A stretch of DNA of 62,621 nucleotides, counting the filler, from Choristocarpus tenellus KU-1152 (taxonomy: Eukaryota; Protista; Phaeophyceae), in assembly GCA_964200185.2 (NCBI GenBank). It is 11 parts of 11 records of this genome, joined end to end, with 100 filler letters (N's around TTAATTAATTAA, not from the genome) between each part and the next. Parts side by side here need not be neighbours in the genome. Positions count along the whole stretch, not along the records: positions 3,522 to 13,826 come from CAXNAD020003002.1; positions 13,927 to 19,349 come from CAXNAD020010830.1; positions 19,450 to 22,280 come from CAXNAD020024359.1; 8 more parts are not named here. The stretch is one strand, 5' to 3'. Both the position numbers and the translations under genes were made by a program. Below the pieces are notes generated by a model, which saw only the letters and a list, made by a program, of their open reading frames with translations, was not told where the DNA came from and ran no database searches. Within the stretch, counting starts at the first letter, position 1. Every line of letters begins with the position of its first letter. Of this stretch, positions 9,824-22,090 are shown piece after piece.

Positions 9824-12800
9824 GTGCCGTACCTGTATTCTCAAGTCCACATTCCCACCCCTAGTCAGGGATCAACCCATCGCTCAAACATTGCTCATGC
9901 ACCCTCCTCAGCATTGCCATGCGTAATCTGGTAGAGAGGCTAGTCTGGATGAGTTCCGTAAGGACTAGAATGTGTAATGTGATGTATTAGTCTATATCAG
10001 TCGTAGCTGCCGGTGAGTTGACTAGGAAGTGAGACATTCATAGTTACATTGTGTGCTTAGGATCAGCAAAGTGTGCATTTTTCTGAGATGGTTCAGGGCT
10101 CATCTAAACAATCCGCATCTCCCTAGACAATTGTATGTAAAAAAAACAAGTATATATATATATAACTATATCTTTTAATTTACCAAGAAGGGGAATATGT
10201 GGCATATTATTCGTATACCTTCCTTCCAATTGAACACATCCATTTCCACTCCTTGTGCAACTCGAACTGTTGGAGACGTTCATGCCCTACCATCGTATCT
10301 TATTAACCCCACTATTGTGACCTGAATCTCCCCCCCCCCACATCCCTTGTATTTACTTGAACTGATTATCCCACTATTAGGCACTATACTTTCTTTTATC
10401 ACTTTCCTTCGCTGTGGCGATTTGTTAATGATTGTAGAAATGATGCCCACGAATCTTCCTTAAGCAGCCATACATCGTAGTCCCAATCTTATTTATTTCT
10501 TTGTTTCAAGCAATCTAAAGCCCTCAAATGTAACCTACCGTTGTAAGCAGTAGCCCTTTACTCACAAATTTGTACGCAGGGTGGTGCAGGAACTACGGTT
10601 AATCATTCCCCTCCCACACTTTTTATACTGGTGTACTCTTCTTTACCTTTTACTATCGCATCTCGTTTTTAGTCATCATATCACTGACCATACCTCTACT
10701 CCCAATCCCTAATTCTTACTTTCGTGGCATTTACTCCACCTAAAATACCCACCTACCACGTGTCCTCATCCAGTACTTTGAAAATATCTATACTTAATTT
10801 CGTGGCGGTCACTGACCCAAAGTATCTGTGGGGGGGGGGGGGGTCTACGCCAGGGGTGTCCATTTTGGGTCAAAATCAGGAAAAGTGTGTTTACATTATC
10901 CATCGGACATATGCAACCAAATCACCCCAAAATTGCGTCATGAAAAAATTGACCCCAAATGGACAGCCGCCACCTCCCCTAGATACTTTAAGCAACTCCA
11001 CCTCAACATACTCACCTACCACGTGCCCTCATTCGGTACTCTGAAATATCTAAACAGATTTTCATATTTGTTTTGTTTCTTTTACCACGTTATCTCTCAA
11101 CTTGTAGCTATGCTACTTAAATTCTATGACTATTCATATTGACATAACCATTGATTCACAGGGTGCTTATGCCTAATAGACGTCCCATTACTAGCCTCGT
11201 ACCTTCCGTGCGTTACCCTTGCACGGGGTGTTCCCCTCTTCATCATCCTATGAGGAGTCCACGCTGTTCGATTTTTCTTCCCATATGGATTGGGGTGAAC
11301 GATATAGGCAGCGGAAAACAACCCATGCACTCTATCACCGATTGATAAACCTGATATCTGCCCCAGCTCTACATTTCAAGCAATATCAAAACCGCACTTA
11401 CTCTACTAGATTGTCGCAGGTACACTACTCCTACCCTGACCCATCATATTTTCTCTTTTAGTCGTGGAATCCATGGGATAACCATGTTTGGAACATAAAC
11501 AGCGCATTCTACTACTTGTCCCCATCTACCCTTTACACTGTAACTTTGGCAGGACCTTCAACCCTTTCCCGTCCTGCTGTGTATACCAACCTACAAAGTA
11601 GTATTGTTTATAACCTACAGTATTATTTGCCAGGACCACTACCACAGGAATCGACCCGATTCATCATTTACGCGTCTATCCTGTTTCACTCAGCCATAAC
11701 ATCGATAACATCGTGGTCATTCCTTCGTTATTTCTTCTTCTCTGGATTATATCGGATACCCCTTGCATTGTGTCTGCATCTACCCACTTAACCACACATG
11801 TCCTATTCCTACCATACACGTATCTACGATGTTTTCATCGTCACGGTCATCACCCCCCTTGCCTTGTGGACCTTCCCCTTCCATTTATGTACCTTGTTCT
11901 CAAGCATTCCCGCCTTTTCCACAGGACCTTTCTCTCTTCCAACTGTAGGAAAGATTGCTCAGGTTCTTCCTTGATCCATTTCGATGAGAGCTTGCTCGGA
12001 GGTTGTCTTGTTCTAGTCCCTCCTCGTCTTGTACCACCAGCCCTCGGTTTTCTTTACGTACTGAACATTCCTTCTTACCTTGTGCCTCCACCTACCAACT
12101 ATTTCTTTATCTTCTCTCCTGCCTCTTCTACCTACTAATCACTCAATACCTTTCATTCACCCCCTGCTACTATTTCTTTTTCTGAGAAGGACTTTTTCTA
12201 CTATGAGTAGTCATATGTATATTGTAGTATAGCTACAAGTTGGGAGAGGACGCGAGTCAAGAATTAAAGAAAAATAGAAAACCTGTATAGATAGGAGGAC
12301 TGAATGAGGGATGTGGTAGTTGGAATTTTTTATTATAATTTTGTTTTCATAGGCAGAGTGACGGCTACGAAAGTAGGTGGAGATAATTTCAAAGTACTGT
12401 GTGAGGACACGTGGTAGGTGGGGGGTTGGAGTGGAGTGAATGCTACGGAAGTAAGAAAGAATTGGGGATTGTGAGTAGATATACAGTCGGAAGAGATTAT
12501 TAAAAAATAAGATGTGATAGTTAATAGGGATAGGAAGAGAGCATGACATTGGAAAATATGAACGTAAAGAAGAGTACACTAATATAAAGAGGGGGGGAGG
12601 GGAATGATTATTCGTAGCTCCTACACAACCCTGTGTAAAACACTTGAGGTGACCTTGTGAATAAAGGCCTACTGCTCACAAGGGTAGGCATTTGAAGGCT
12701 AAACCTACGGAAGTTTCGGGGGCATCGTTCTACAATAATCAACAACTCACCACTATGAAAGAAAGTGATTAAAGAAGGGGCAGTGCCTAATAGTAGGATA

Positions 12801-13725
12801 ATCAGTCCAAGTGAATAACAGGGGTGGGGGGGGGGGGAGAGAGATTCAGGCTGCAAAAGAAAAAAAAGAAAGAAAAAAAGATGTATACTTGTATATTTAA
12901 AAAAAAAGTTTCGGAAGATGCTAATTGCTTAGATGAGACCTGATTATATCAGAAAAGTGCACTCCTTGATGATTGTAAGTACATAATGTAGTGATGAAGG
13001 TCCCATGTCCTGGTCAACTCACTAGCATATAGGACTGTTCTAGACTAATACATGTCCAATACACAATTGAGTCCTTACGGCACCCATCCAGATTAGCCTT
13101 TACCAGATTATACAAGACAATGATGAGGAGGGTACAGGGCCATTTTTGGAGCAATGGGTTGATCCTTGACTAAGGGTGGGAAGGTGAACTTGAGAATATA
13201 GGTACGGGACAGAAATTGGAGGGAGGTGATCCCCAACCTTTCCAAGGTAAGAGAAGTCCAAGAACATAGAGAAAAAGGGGGGGGGGGAGACCTATGGAAG
13301 TGGTAATAAAAACAAGCGAGAAGGTGTCAAAGCATTACGTGTTACAGATTCCATCTCAAACTGTAAAAATAAATAAACAAATAATAATAATATATATATA
13401 TAATAAAAAAAATGGAAGTTAAAGGGGAGTCTAATATCAAAGATATAAGGAGTGTGAGGGTAGCCAAGAATTGGGGTTCTAAGAATGTGCTAGACTAATA
13501 CATACATGTTACATACTCGAGTATCTACAGAACCCATCCAGACTAGTCCCTATCAGATTACTCAAGGCAAGGCGGAAGAGGGTGCAGGGACAACATTTGA
13601 ACAATGGGGTCAGCCCTAAATAGGGTTGGGAATGTGGTCTCGAGAGTACAGGTATGTCACAGACATTGGATGGGGGGGGGACCCCCAACAGCCTTCTAAG
13701 GAAAGAGAAGTTCAAGGACGTATGG
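9824..13725. repeat. Large diverged inverted repeat (arms ~9824-11100 and ~12330-13210) plus a partial tandem copy at ~13485-13725
   Basis: For example 9828 CGTACCTGTATTCTCAAGTCCACATTCCCACCCCTAGTCAGGGATCAACCCAT matches the reverse complement of ~13153-13206, and 10320-10460 matches the reverse complement of ~12705-12850. Confidence 0.85.
10814..10994 (+). mobile_element. MITE family A, full copy
   Basis: GACCCAAAGTATCTG...AGATACTTTAAGCA; TSD ACT at 10811-10813 and 10995-10997. Confidence 0.85.
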
Positions 13726-13926
13726 GGGGGGGGGGGGGGGGGGGGGGGGGATAGACTAAAGAAACAAAAAAACAAAAAAAACAGAAGCCAGTAAAAGCCC
13801 CCAGTTTTACACATCCCTCTCCAAACNNNNNNNNNNNNNNNNNNNNNNNNNNNNNNNNNNNNNNNNNNNNTTAATTAATTAANNNNNNNNNNNNNNNNNN
13901 NNNNNNNNNNNNNNNNNNNNNNNNNN

Positions 13927-13964
<38 letters not shown>

Positions 13965-15245
13965 GGGGAAGTGCACATTTTGTTCTGTCACATTATATAT
14001 CTAAGGTGCAGCTCATCTGTAGACATACTCACACTTCAAATAGCTTCCAAAATTCAAGAAAAATGCCTATAACAGCTGCAAACATGGAATGCACAACAGC
14101 AGTAGACGACCTTCTACTAAGAGCTACACCAGTCCAAAAAATTTTCCTTCCCTCTCAAATCTTCACTAGGTTCTCTGCTCAAGAGCTTCAACATCCTAGT
14201 TTTAAGCTGAGCAGAGCATAGGCCATGAGATATGGTGTTCTTGATGGTTATCTTTAGTGATGAGGGCGGAGCATGAGATAAGTACTGTGACCCAAATCAA
14301 CCTTTCAAGGTGCACGATTGATGCTTATCACAGCATCACCCTAAGGGGTTTGATTTGTGTTTATTCCCAGGTTTGAAATAAACTGCTGCTTGTTTTTCCT
14401 GTGGCAAACTCACAAGGCCAATGCAACTCCAGGTGACCAATATCATACCTGCCAAAACCCTGGTAAATCCCTGAAGAATCCCTCACAATAAAGACTAATA
14501 ATAACAGGGCAAGCTTTGTAGGTTAGGGTCATGTTGCAAGAGTAGGTGGGCCTCTTTATTAATCAAACAAATCTTTGTTCGAGAACTTCAACTAGTACCT
14601 GTTGGGTAAGCGACTCATCGACGAGTTCTTCACTTCAAAAACCGTTGGCACGAAAGGAGGGCTTCACTCATATAAGCCACCTGATACACTTCCTCAAAGG
14701 CCTAAACAAAGTGCTTTTTGCAATTTATCGCAGGAAGTCAAGTGTCTGTTACCCTCGCCCAATCCAACTCCTCTCAAAACAATGTACTTTTGCTTTACCA
14801 TTGAAACTGTTCCACCATGAAGCTCGTTGGGAAAATATTCTAAATGACGTACCTCTAAGCAAGTAGCCACCAAACGCTGTAGCAACATGCATACCAACTC
14901 CAATTGAGGCGAAGTAATTAAATGGGTTTGACAGATGGTTATAAACGCTATGTCCATCCCTGTGGCCCAGTACTATAGTGTATTTCATGTGCATATTGCA
15001 TACACAGGGGCATCTCTGTCTTGAAGCACTGCTCGGGAATTTACACCCCCCGTCTGCACCGCAACCCATCAAACATGTTATTATCTCTTTAAGCGTATGA
15101 ATGAAAGATTAGATCCCCTTCTTGTGCACTTGTAATGACTCGTATTATCTATCTTCTATGGCGATCCTACGCATCGGCACCTCTCTTCTCCCTGTGCCTA
15201 CTAAGATGACAATAACACAACCCGCTGCACCCTCTATCTTCGTAC

Positions 15246-15374
15246 CCGGTAGTGGTTCATCCCAGCACCCTCCAGGAGCTTCATACAGTGACTGTAGAGC
15301 CGCCCCTTCTTGGGGACCGCAAACACGGCATTCTCACTCGGAATGTGGGTATTGCCCTCGGGTATTGCCGCCAT
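15246..15374 (-). CDS. HIS1: ATP phosphoribosyltransferase, exon 1 (downstream exons not found on this contig)
   Basis: MAAIPEGNTHIPSENAVFAVPKKGRLYSHCMKLLEGAGMNHYR followed by donor GTACGA; FA(I/V)PKKGRL is the N-terminal signature of fungal-type HIS1/HisG. Too short for the ORF track. Confidence 0.85.
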
Positions 15375-15599
15375 GACTATCGCACGGCTTTAGCATGCAA
15401 ACGTTCCGCCAAAGCAGAGGGACGGGGGAGATATAGGGAGCTATTGATTATTCTATCCCTGATGGTTATTGCAAAATTTGAAGGGAAACACAAATGAACG
15501 GTGTGCAGGTTTGGACCAGTACCTGATAACAATGCCTTCGGTATACTACAAACAAACAAAGTTTGAAAGAGGGTATTTTCGTGTTTACCAACACACCAT
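15375..15599. promoter_or_regulatory. Putative bidirectional promoter and 5' UTRs of HIS1 and DENR
   Basis: 225 bp between divergent ATGs; inferred from geometry only. Confidence 0.55.
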
Positions 15600-17607
15600 A
15601 TGGCTGAGTTTCTGACCAACGCAACGGAGGTGGATGGAACAGGAGAAGAGACACAACATGAAGTTGCTGATAAATCCACCTCGTACCCCTTGACAGTCAT
15701 ATATTGTGGGGGTGAGTTGCGGTTGGGTACTGGAATAGCTCCCCATGGCTTTATCCTATGGTGTAGAGGAAAGAGGGTGGATATCGCGAAACTGGAGACT
15801 TCTGTGTCATGTAGTTACCGTGATGTTGATCAAAGGCCCTGACTGAGTACGATGTATCCGTTGGTCAAAGTTTCCCTTGTGCTGTAAAATATGGTGGATA
15901 AGGTCACCTCTCTCTACTGAAGCTTTCATACTCCTCCACTCTACCTTTTCGATATTTGACATTCCGAAGGAGGACAACAACAGAACCACTTTTGCATTGA
16001 ATATATTATCCTGATCTCAACTTGTAGGTGGGCTTGGTATTATGACCCTTTGACTTGATATCACAAATCTTACTATGTTACGCACAGTAAAGCTCGAAGT
16101 TGCCCTTCAATGCAGCTCAAACGCATAGATTAAAGTTTGTAATGATTTAAACACCCACTCCGTTACCCTCCCCTTCCCAATGCTGTCTTCCATCCTCCTT
16201 TGCACTATGTTGGTTGATTGAATCCATCTCGAAGTGTGCGGCCTGCCCCCAGAGTACTGCGAGTACGGCGCCACACCCACGGAGTGCAAGGCATGGGCAG
16301 TCGAGAACTGCCCAGACCTGTTGGGCCTCGGGGAAGCCATGGACGCCTTGAAGGTAGGTTCACCTTTGTTTTGGGGCAGTTTTTGGAGGCACTCGTTTAC
16401 TTATCGTGTCTTGTTGAGACGTCGCAGCCCAGGTAGCCGTCTTCGCGTGGTGTTCACATCTAATCTACTGTGAAAAGAGAATCATCCTTGTGTCCTATCC
16501 AGACCACTTGCATCATTTCCTACTATACGTTCTTGCTTCCTCGGGTTCAAAATTTCGTACACTCGGGACAACATAATGCTCACTCAACACAAGTTATTAT
16601 TTATATCTATATTTTTATGTAGTCGATCCCATAGCTTCCAGCACAAACGTTTCCACACGTTGGAAGGTGCGATAGGGGAAGGCATCATCTCCATTCACCC
16701 ACATGGATCTTGCACAATACCCTCATGCTATCCATTTTGAGTAGCAGGAAATAGGGTTTCACAAATGGCGCAACGCACTTACTGGGCAATGGATGTCACA
16801 GAGGAAATGGTGGACTGTTTCCTACAATAGATATTAGAGATCAAATGACCCCTAGCATTTTCTGAACAATAGGCATGATGAATGAATGTTGTGGAAGTAT
16901 TTTTTTCCTCTTTTTGTAATAGTTTCTTTCTTTTCTTCTGTTGTATTTCTTCCAGTATCGCATTCTTGTAACCTCCAACCACAACATGTTGAAGAGATTA
17001 TCAAACTTCTGTGTTATGTCTGATATAATCATAATTGAGCAAGAGCTGCAGGTGTCGATCTGCACAACAAATGCTTGCAGAGCAAATGATACCGAGCATT
17101 GTCCTAAAAGCGGACATTAGGTGCAAGTCTAGTGCTAGACAAGAGATATTTTAGAGCAACCAGCCCCTGAACATTGTCCTGGAAACCGATATTATAGAGC
17201 AAATAGGTGTCAACATTGTTCCAGATAACAGACGTAATGGACGGAGTATGGCCAGAAGTTGCAGGGTAATGCTGGCGCTGGCCGCTACGTTTTCCTGTGT
17301 GTGAAATGGTGTCAACCGTGCCCTCTCTTTAGGCTGGTAGAGTTGCAGGTCTTGTAGTGCACACACCTTTTGTGTATTCCAGATAAGCCATACGTCCTTG
17401 AGTCAATGTTTGGAGCGCGGTTGTGCGCACGCCTTCTCGGTTCAAACGTGTGTGGTGTGTCTGTGATGAGCCCTTTCTTCCTTCCTTTGTGACACTTCTT
17501 TTTAGGTGACAGATGAGAATGGTGAGGCTGGCAGAGAGAAGAGCAAAGGCGATGGGGAAGAAGGCACCAGTGAGGGTGATAGGGAAACCAAGAAGAAGGT
17601 CAAGAAG
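15600..17607 (+). CDS. DENR: Density-regulated protein / TMA22, exons 15600-15711, 16235-16353, 17506-17607 (3' incomplete)
   Basis: Spliced ...PLTVIYCG|VCGLPPEYCEYGATPTECKAWAVENCPDL carries the DENR zinc-binding CGxCxLPPEYCEY motif, then a charged linker; GT-AG sites are in phase; SUI1-domain exons were not found. Confidence 0.9.
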
Positions 17608-19300
17608 GTCCGTACAGTACACTACTGTAGTGCGTTGCCTGAGTGAGGGGGGGTGCAGGTGAGAGTGGGCTGATTAGTGTGTAGGTTGGCAGTTTGAACC
17701 GTGAGTAGATAAATAACGTTGCGGGGTTGGGTAGCGTTTAATAGTGTTTGATACTCCAGGAACGTTATTAGTGCCAAATTTAGCCTTACGAGTGAAACAA
17801 AACAGAGAGTTTTGATATATTATTTTTGGGGGGGGGGGAAGAGAGTTTGAAACTTGAAGATAATTGGTAGCGACGTTTTGACTCTCTCACTATTGCTCTG
17901 TAGCCTTCTTGGTCGCCCTAGCCTTCACCTATATGCTCAGGCCCTGCTGTGGGCCTCTGTGTGTGTGCCTTGCCCTCTCATATAACACTTTTGAAGCAAT
18001 CTTCAATCAATTATTGTGTTTTTGCGTTGCAATCCAAACCCACTACCATGGTATTTTTTATTGAAACTGACAGAGTTCTATCGCTCTAAGTGCTGCTCTC
18101 ATTTCCTAACTACCATCCCACAAACATCCAAGTGAAATTCAGGCGTTGCAGTCACCCACCCTGTCCACAGTCTCCTCATGGTTCTAGTAAACCAATCTCC
18201 TTTTCAGTGTGTGTTAGAGGTGTGGCTTGATTGACTGTGTAGCACCATGTACCACATTGGCTATGACAACTTGAGAACCAATGACAAAGTGTGTCGACTA
18301 ACTGCAGTTCAACTTGTCGCTGAAGGGGGAAGGTTATCGCAGTTATTGAGGTCAGGCCCTTGAGATGGGTTTTTTCCACCCAGACTGTGTGTTAGTTTTG
18401 GATAGTTTGGTCAGGGCATTTGTTATCGCAAACATGCCACAACAGTTCCTGCAGGTTTCGAAGAGAAGGTTAGTCATGAAGTCAGTGCCTAGAAAATATC
18501 AGTCAACCTGTAGGGAAATATTTCCAAAAAGACAATCTGTGTGTCCGCTGTTCTTTTCGTGTGTAGGTTTTTAGTGGGTATTGATACTATTTGCTTGCAC
18601 TTTTTATAGCACCTTAACAGTCTTGCGTTGTAGAAAACTATCAAGGTTTTGCTCAAAGTGGGTTTTGACATTCTGTTGCCCACATATCCATCTCGTCTTT
18701 GGTCTCCCTTGAATGTGCCTACATATGTGTATGATTGTGTTTTAAGCGTTTGAAGCTCTTTCGCTTCACTTTGATGTTGCAGTGTGAGACGATCTCTTAG
18801 TGCGGCAGCAGCTTCTGGCACAATGCATACAGTAGTGGAAGATGCAGCCTGTACCATACCAAGCAGCACACACGACAGTAGTGGTTTGATAGGTGCCGCT
18901 TTAGCCAAACCCGAAGAGAGGCATGAAGTCTACTCTTTGCTGTAGGAACAACAATCCTGACACACGTGTGTAGTCACATGCTATTATTTGATGCATTTGT
19001 GCGTTGCGGGGTAGATGCGTTAAATCATCCTTTTGAGCAGTACCACCGAGGTTCATCGGACCAATGACTATCATGGTCCTGAACATAACCAGTGGCGTAA
19101 AGAACGGTGGGGTACCCCATCCACTGTAACGGACGTCGTCCCAGTTCAAGCCATCTGTAGGTTGGGGACCAGTACTATCACCTTAATACGGTTCAGTTCA
19201 CATGCTCAAGAGGATGGCGCGGTTTAGAACCGTATGAACTGTTCTGAATCCGAGGTCCGTTGGCATTGTTTTGCCTCTCTTCTCCTGTGTATGGCATCCT

Positions 19301-19349
19301 GGCTCAAAGTATCTGGGGGAGGGGGGGGGTGGCAGCTGTTCATTTGGGG
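19301..19349 (-). mobile_element. MITE family A end at contig break
   Basis: GGCTCAAAGTATCTGGGGG...GGCAGCTGTTCATTTGGGG. Confidence 0.75.
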
Positions 19350-19499
19350 NNNNNNNNNNNNNNNNNNNNNNNNNNNNNNNNNNNNNNNNNNNNTTAATTA
19401 ATTAANNNNNNNNNNNNNNNNNNNNNNNNNNNNNNNNNNNNNNNNNNNNCTCCATAAATAATTTACCGTAACTGTCCGATAGAGTTGGAAGAGTCTAAT

Positions 19500-19873
19500 C
19501 GAACAGATGTACCTTGAAGTAATCCGTGCCATGACAAATGGGAATGCAATGGGACCCGATGACCTTCCCTGCCGAAAGTCTGGAACTCGGCCTAAGCGAG
19601 GTCAAGAATATTCTCCAGGGTTTCCTCGAAATTATGTTGAATGTGTGTGTGACCGAAAAGAGAAGTTGTGGTGCAGTTCGGGAGGACATAGTAAACGTTC
19701 TTCGTAGCAAGAGGGGATTGTACGGATTGTCTTAATTACAGGGGTATCTCAATCGTGGCATACACACGTTGGCAAATTGTTTCTCAAGGTTGTTTCTCCA
19801 CGACTGGGAGGTTACCTAGAACGATACGACATACTCCGTGAGGAGTCTGGTTTCCGGTCTCAACCGTCCACAT
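19500..19873 (+). mobile_element. Degenerate RTE-like LINE reverse transcriptase fragment
   Basis: Frameshifted VIRAMTNGNAMGPDDLP/AESLELGL...GKLFLKVVSPRLGGYLERYDILREESGFRS resembles the KAxGPDG...LLPEEQCGFR region of non-LTR RTs. Confidence 0.8.
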
Positions 19874-19890
19874 CAGTGGGTTTTGGAGAG

Positions 19891-19957
19891 GGTCCTCGTA
19901 GCTCAGATGTTAAATGGGTAGTATTCCCCGTTCTAGTTTCATGGGTTCAAACCCCCC
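19891..19957 (+). pseudogene. Degenerate tRNA-like sequence or SINE head
   Basis: A-box-like GTAGCTCAGATG and B-box GGTTCAAACC at tRNA-like spacing; no good anticodon stem. Confidence 0.4.
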
Positions 19958-21081
19958 AGATACTTTGAGTCTCTTGGTTACGCGTATGGTGCTCAGTGTA
20001 CGTTTTATGTCCTTTGCCAGGACCATCTGTGCCAACAGATGGAATTTGATAGTGGTGATGGCAGCAAAAGTGTTATTCGAAGAAGCGGGAGGACACTGCG
20101 AAATGCTACGCTATGACAGACTCTGAGCTGCTGTTTCCTTTATGGTAAGAAGGGGATGTCAGTTGGTCCCAGGATGCAGGGCCTCTCTGTCACGAAGATA
20201 TGTGAGCAACTACTGTAAAGGCACATATCCATCATAGTGTGCATTCAGCACTGGGTTCAGACGGGGCCAATATTCCAAGGCCAATAGCTTCCACTTTGTT
20301 GGGTGTGCTCATCTCCACTTCAGATGAGAGTTGCTCTCCTGCTTACCTCAGGGCCCAGGCTGCCCGGTGATGGATCTGCAGTGTGGCCACGAAGGAGGCT
20401 CTCTTGCACACTTGCTAGTCGTCGACTCAATGGCCACATCAGGTAAATATGGCTCATGTGTGAGGTTTATCAGATTCTCGAACACCTTGTTAGTGTCAAA
20501 AGCAATGGATCTCGATGTGACAAACTGCTGAGGCCTGTGTTATCATCCTACGGTAGTTGTATCGTCCATGACCACCACGACTTTTTGAGCATCTGTGCTT
20601 GGGAGGACAGATGAGCATCTCATGCAGGTTGTGGAGTTGACACTGAGAACCTTGGGGTGGGAGAGAATAATGACCGATTAACCACCATGTTTGATACTCT
20701 CTCTCCCTCCTCCCTATCTTCTCTGTTTTGAGAAACTAAGGGTTAATAGGCTGCAGGGTTGCAAATGTATATTAGGATTTCTTTAACAAGGACTGTTGCC
20801 AGGACTAGCTCGATCTACCGGAAGGTCTTAACTTCCGGTCTAGTTTTGAACTTCACCCTTGGTCACATGTTGCAACTCACTTGTGTGTTTGGCCATCTGC
20901 ACGCTGTTCAATATGGCTTGACGTGAGGCCTTCACTTCACCGAAATTTATACCCACACCAGCACACACAGGATGGTGATGATCCTTCCGACATGCTTTTC
21001 GCTCCATAATTTCATGTAGCAACTCCACAAGACATTCCTGGATGTGTTGTTATTGTGATAAATTGCTGGAGGGGATGAAGC

Positions 21082-21157
21082 GAGTGGAAGTATCTTAGAG
21101 GGTACGAGTTTTGTCATGTTTGTCCATTTGGAGCTTGACTTCCGGTGTTTTTTTTAA
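21082..21157 (+). mobile_element. MITE family B, left fragment
   Basis: GAGTGGAAGTATCTTAGAGGGTACGAGTTTTG... Confidence 0.75.
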
Positions 21158-21277
21158 TCATTGGTCATCTTCTCTCATTCTCTGACAATCCTAATTTCCT
21201 TCTCTATATACCCTGCAATTAGAATTCGTTGTTGGGAATGGACTGACCAATTCACACATTGAACCAAAGTTAACGTT

Positions 21278-21456
21278 GCGCAAAGTATCTGAGGGGGGTG
21301 GCTTTCCATTTGGGGTCATTTTTTCCAAGTCGCGATTTTTGTGTGATATGGTTGCATATGTCGGATGGATAATGTAAGTGCACATTTCTTGGTTATGCCT
21401 CAAATGGACACCCTGGTGTAACTCCCCCCCCCCTACACACACGCATACTTTGGGTG
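21278..21456 (-). mobile_element. MITE family A, full diverged copy
   Basis: Reverse complement aligns with 159..336; no clear TSD. Confidence 0.8.
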
Positions 21457-21789
21457 CGAAAAGTATCAGGTTTTGGCCGTTTTTAAATTCTGTATCACTT
21501 TGTTTTACCCTCAAGAATTCATCCATATTTGTATGGATGATTCGGTAAGATTGAACTCAGAACATTGATCTCTCTATTCTTGACAGAATTTAGAAAAGTC
21601 TCTATACACATTTAACAAAAAGACAAATTTTGCATGTTTGTCAGCATCCTTAAAGTGAACAACCCTGGGTACCTCAGGTTTACACTATGCTGTCCCATAG
21701 CCTTACATCTACAATTATCTTTTTTTCGTAGACTGTCTGTGACAGTATTAAACGACTATTGTTGTGGAATAAAGGAGATTCCTGTTAGC

Positions 21790-22090
21790 GGTGTTGAGTT
21801 ACACATGTGGAGGATGAGAAAGTCCGAAAGGCTTTTATATTTGGGCAGCCTGGAGATGGAAAACGGAAGAGGTATGGTCGACAGGAGAAGAACCGATGGA
21901 TGATGTGCCTGCAAGACAACCTCGAGAATTTCAGGAACGCGGTTGAGGGATTGGGTATAAGAACAACAAACTCATACAGTTGGTACGGGTGTGTGGTTGA
22001 ACGACCAAAGAGCTTAATTGACAATTTCATTCCAAGGAAACTGTGATAGCTAATGTACACCATGTTGAAGCAGCTAAGGCCACCCAAGCA
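21790..22090 (+). mobile_element. Degenerate RTE-like LINE 3' fragment
   Basis: MEDEKVRKAFIFGQPGDGKRKRYGRQEKNRWMMCLQDNLENF resembles the RTE C-terminal RLPKxxxFG...GRQEKEW..C..DDL region. Confidence 0.65.

Noticed and set aside
20000-21050. Exon-like segments on both strands
   Set aside because: I could not assemble a phase-consistent, stop-free gene model or recognise a domain.
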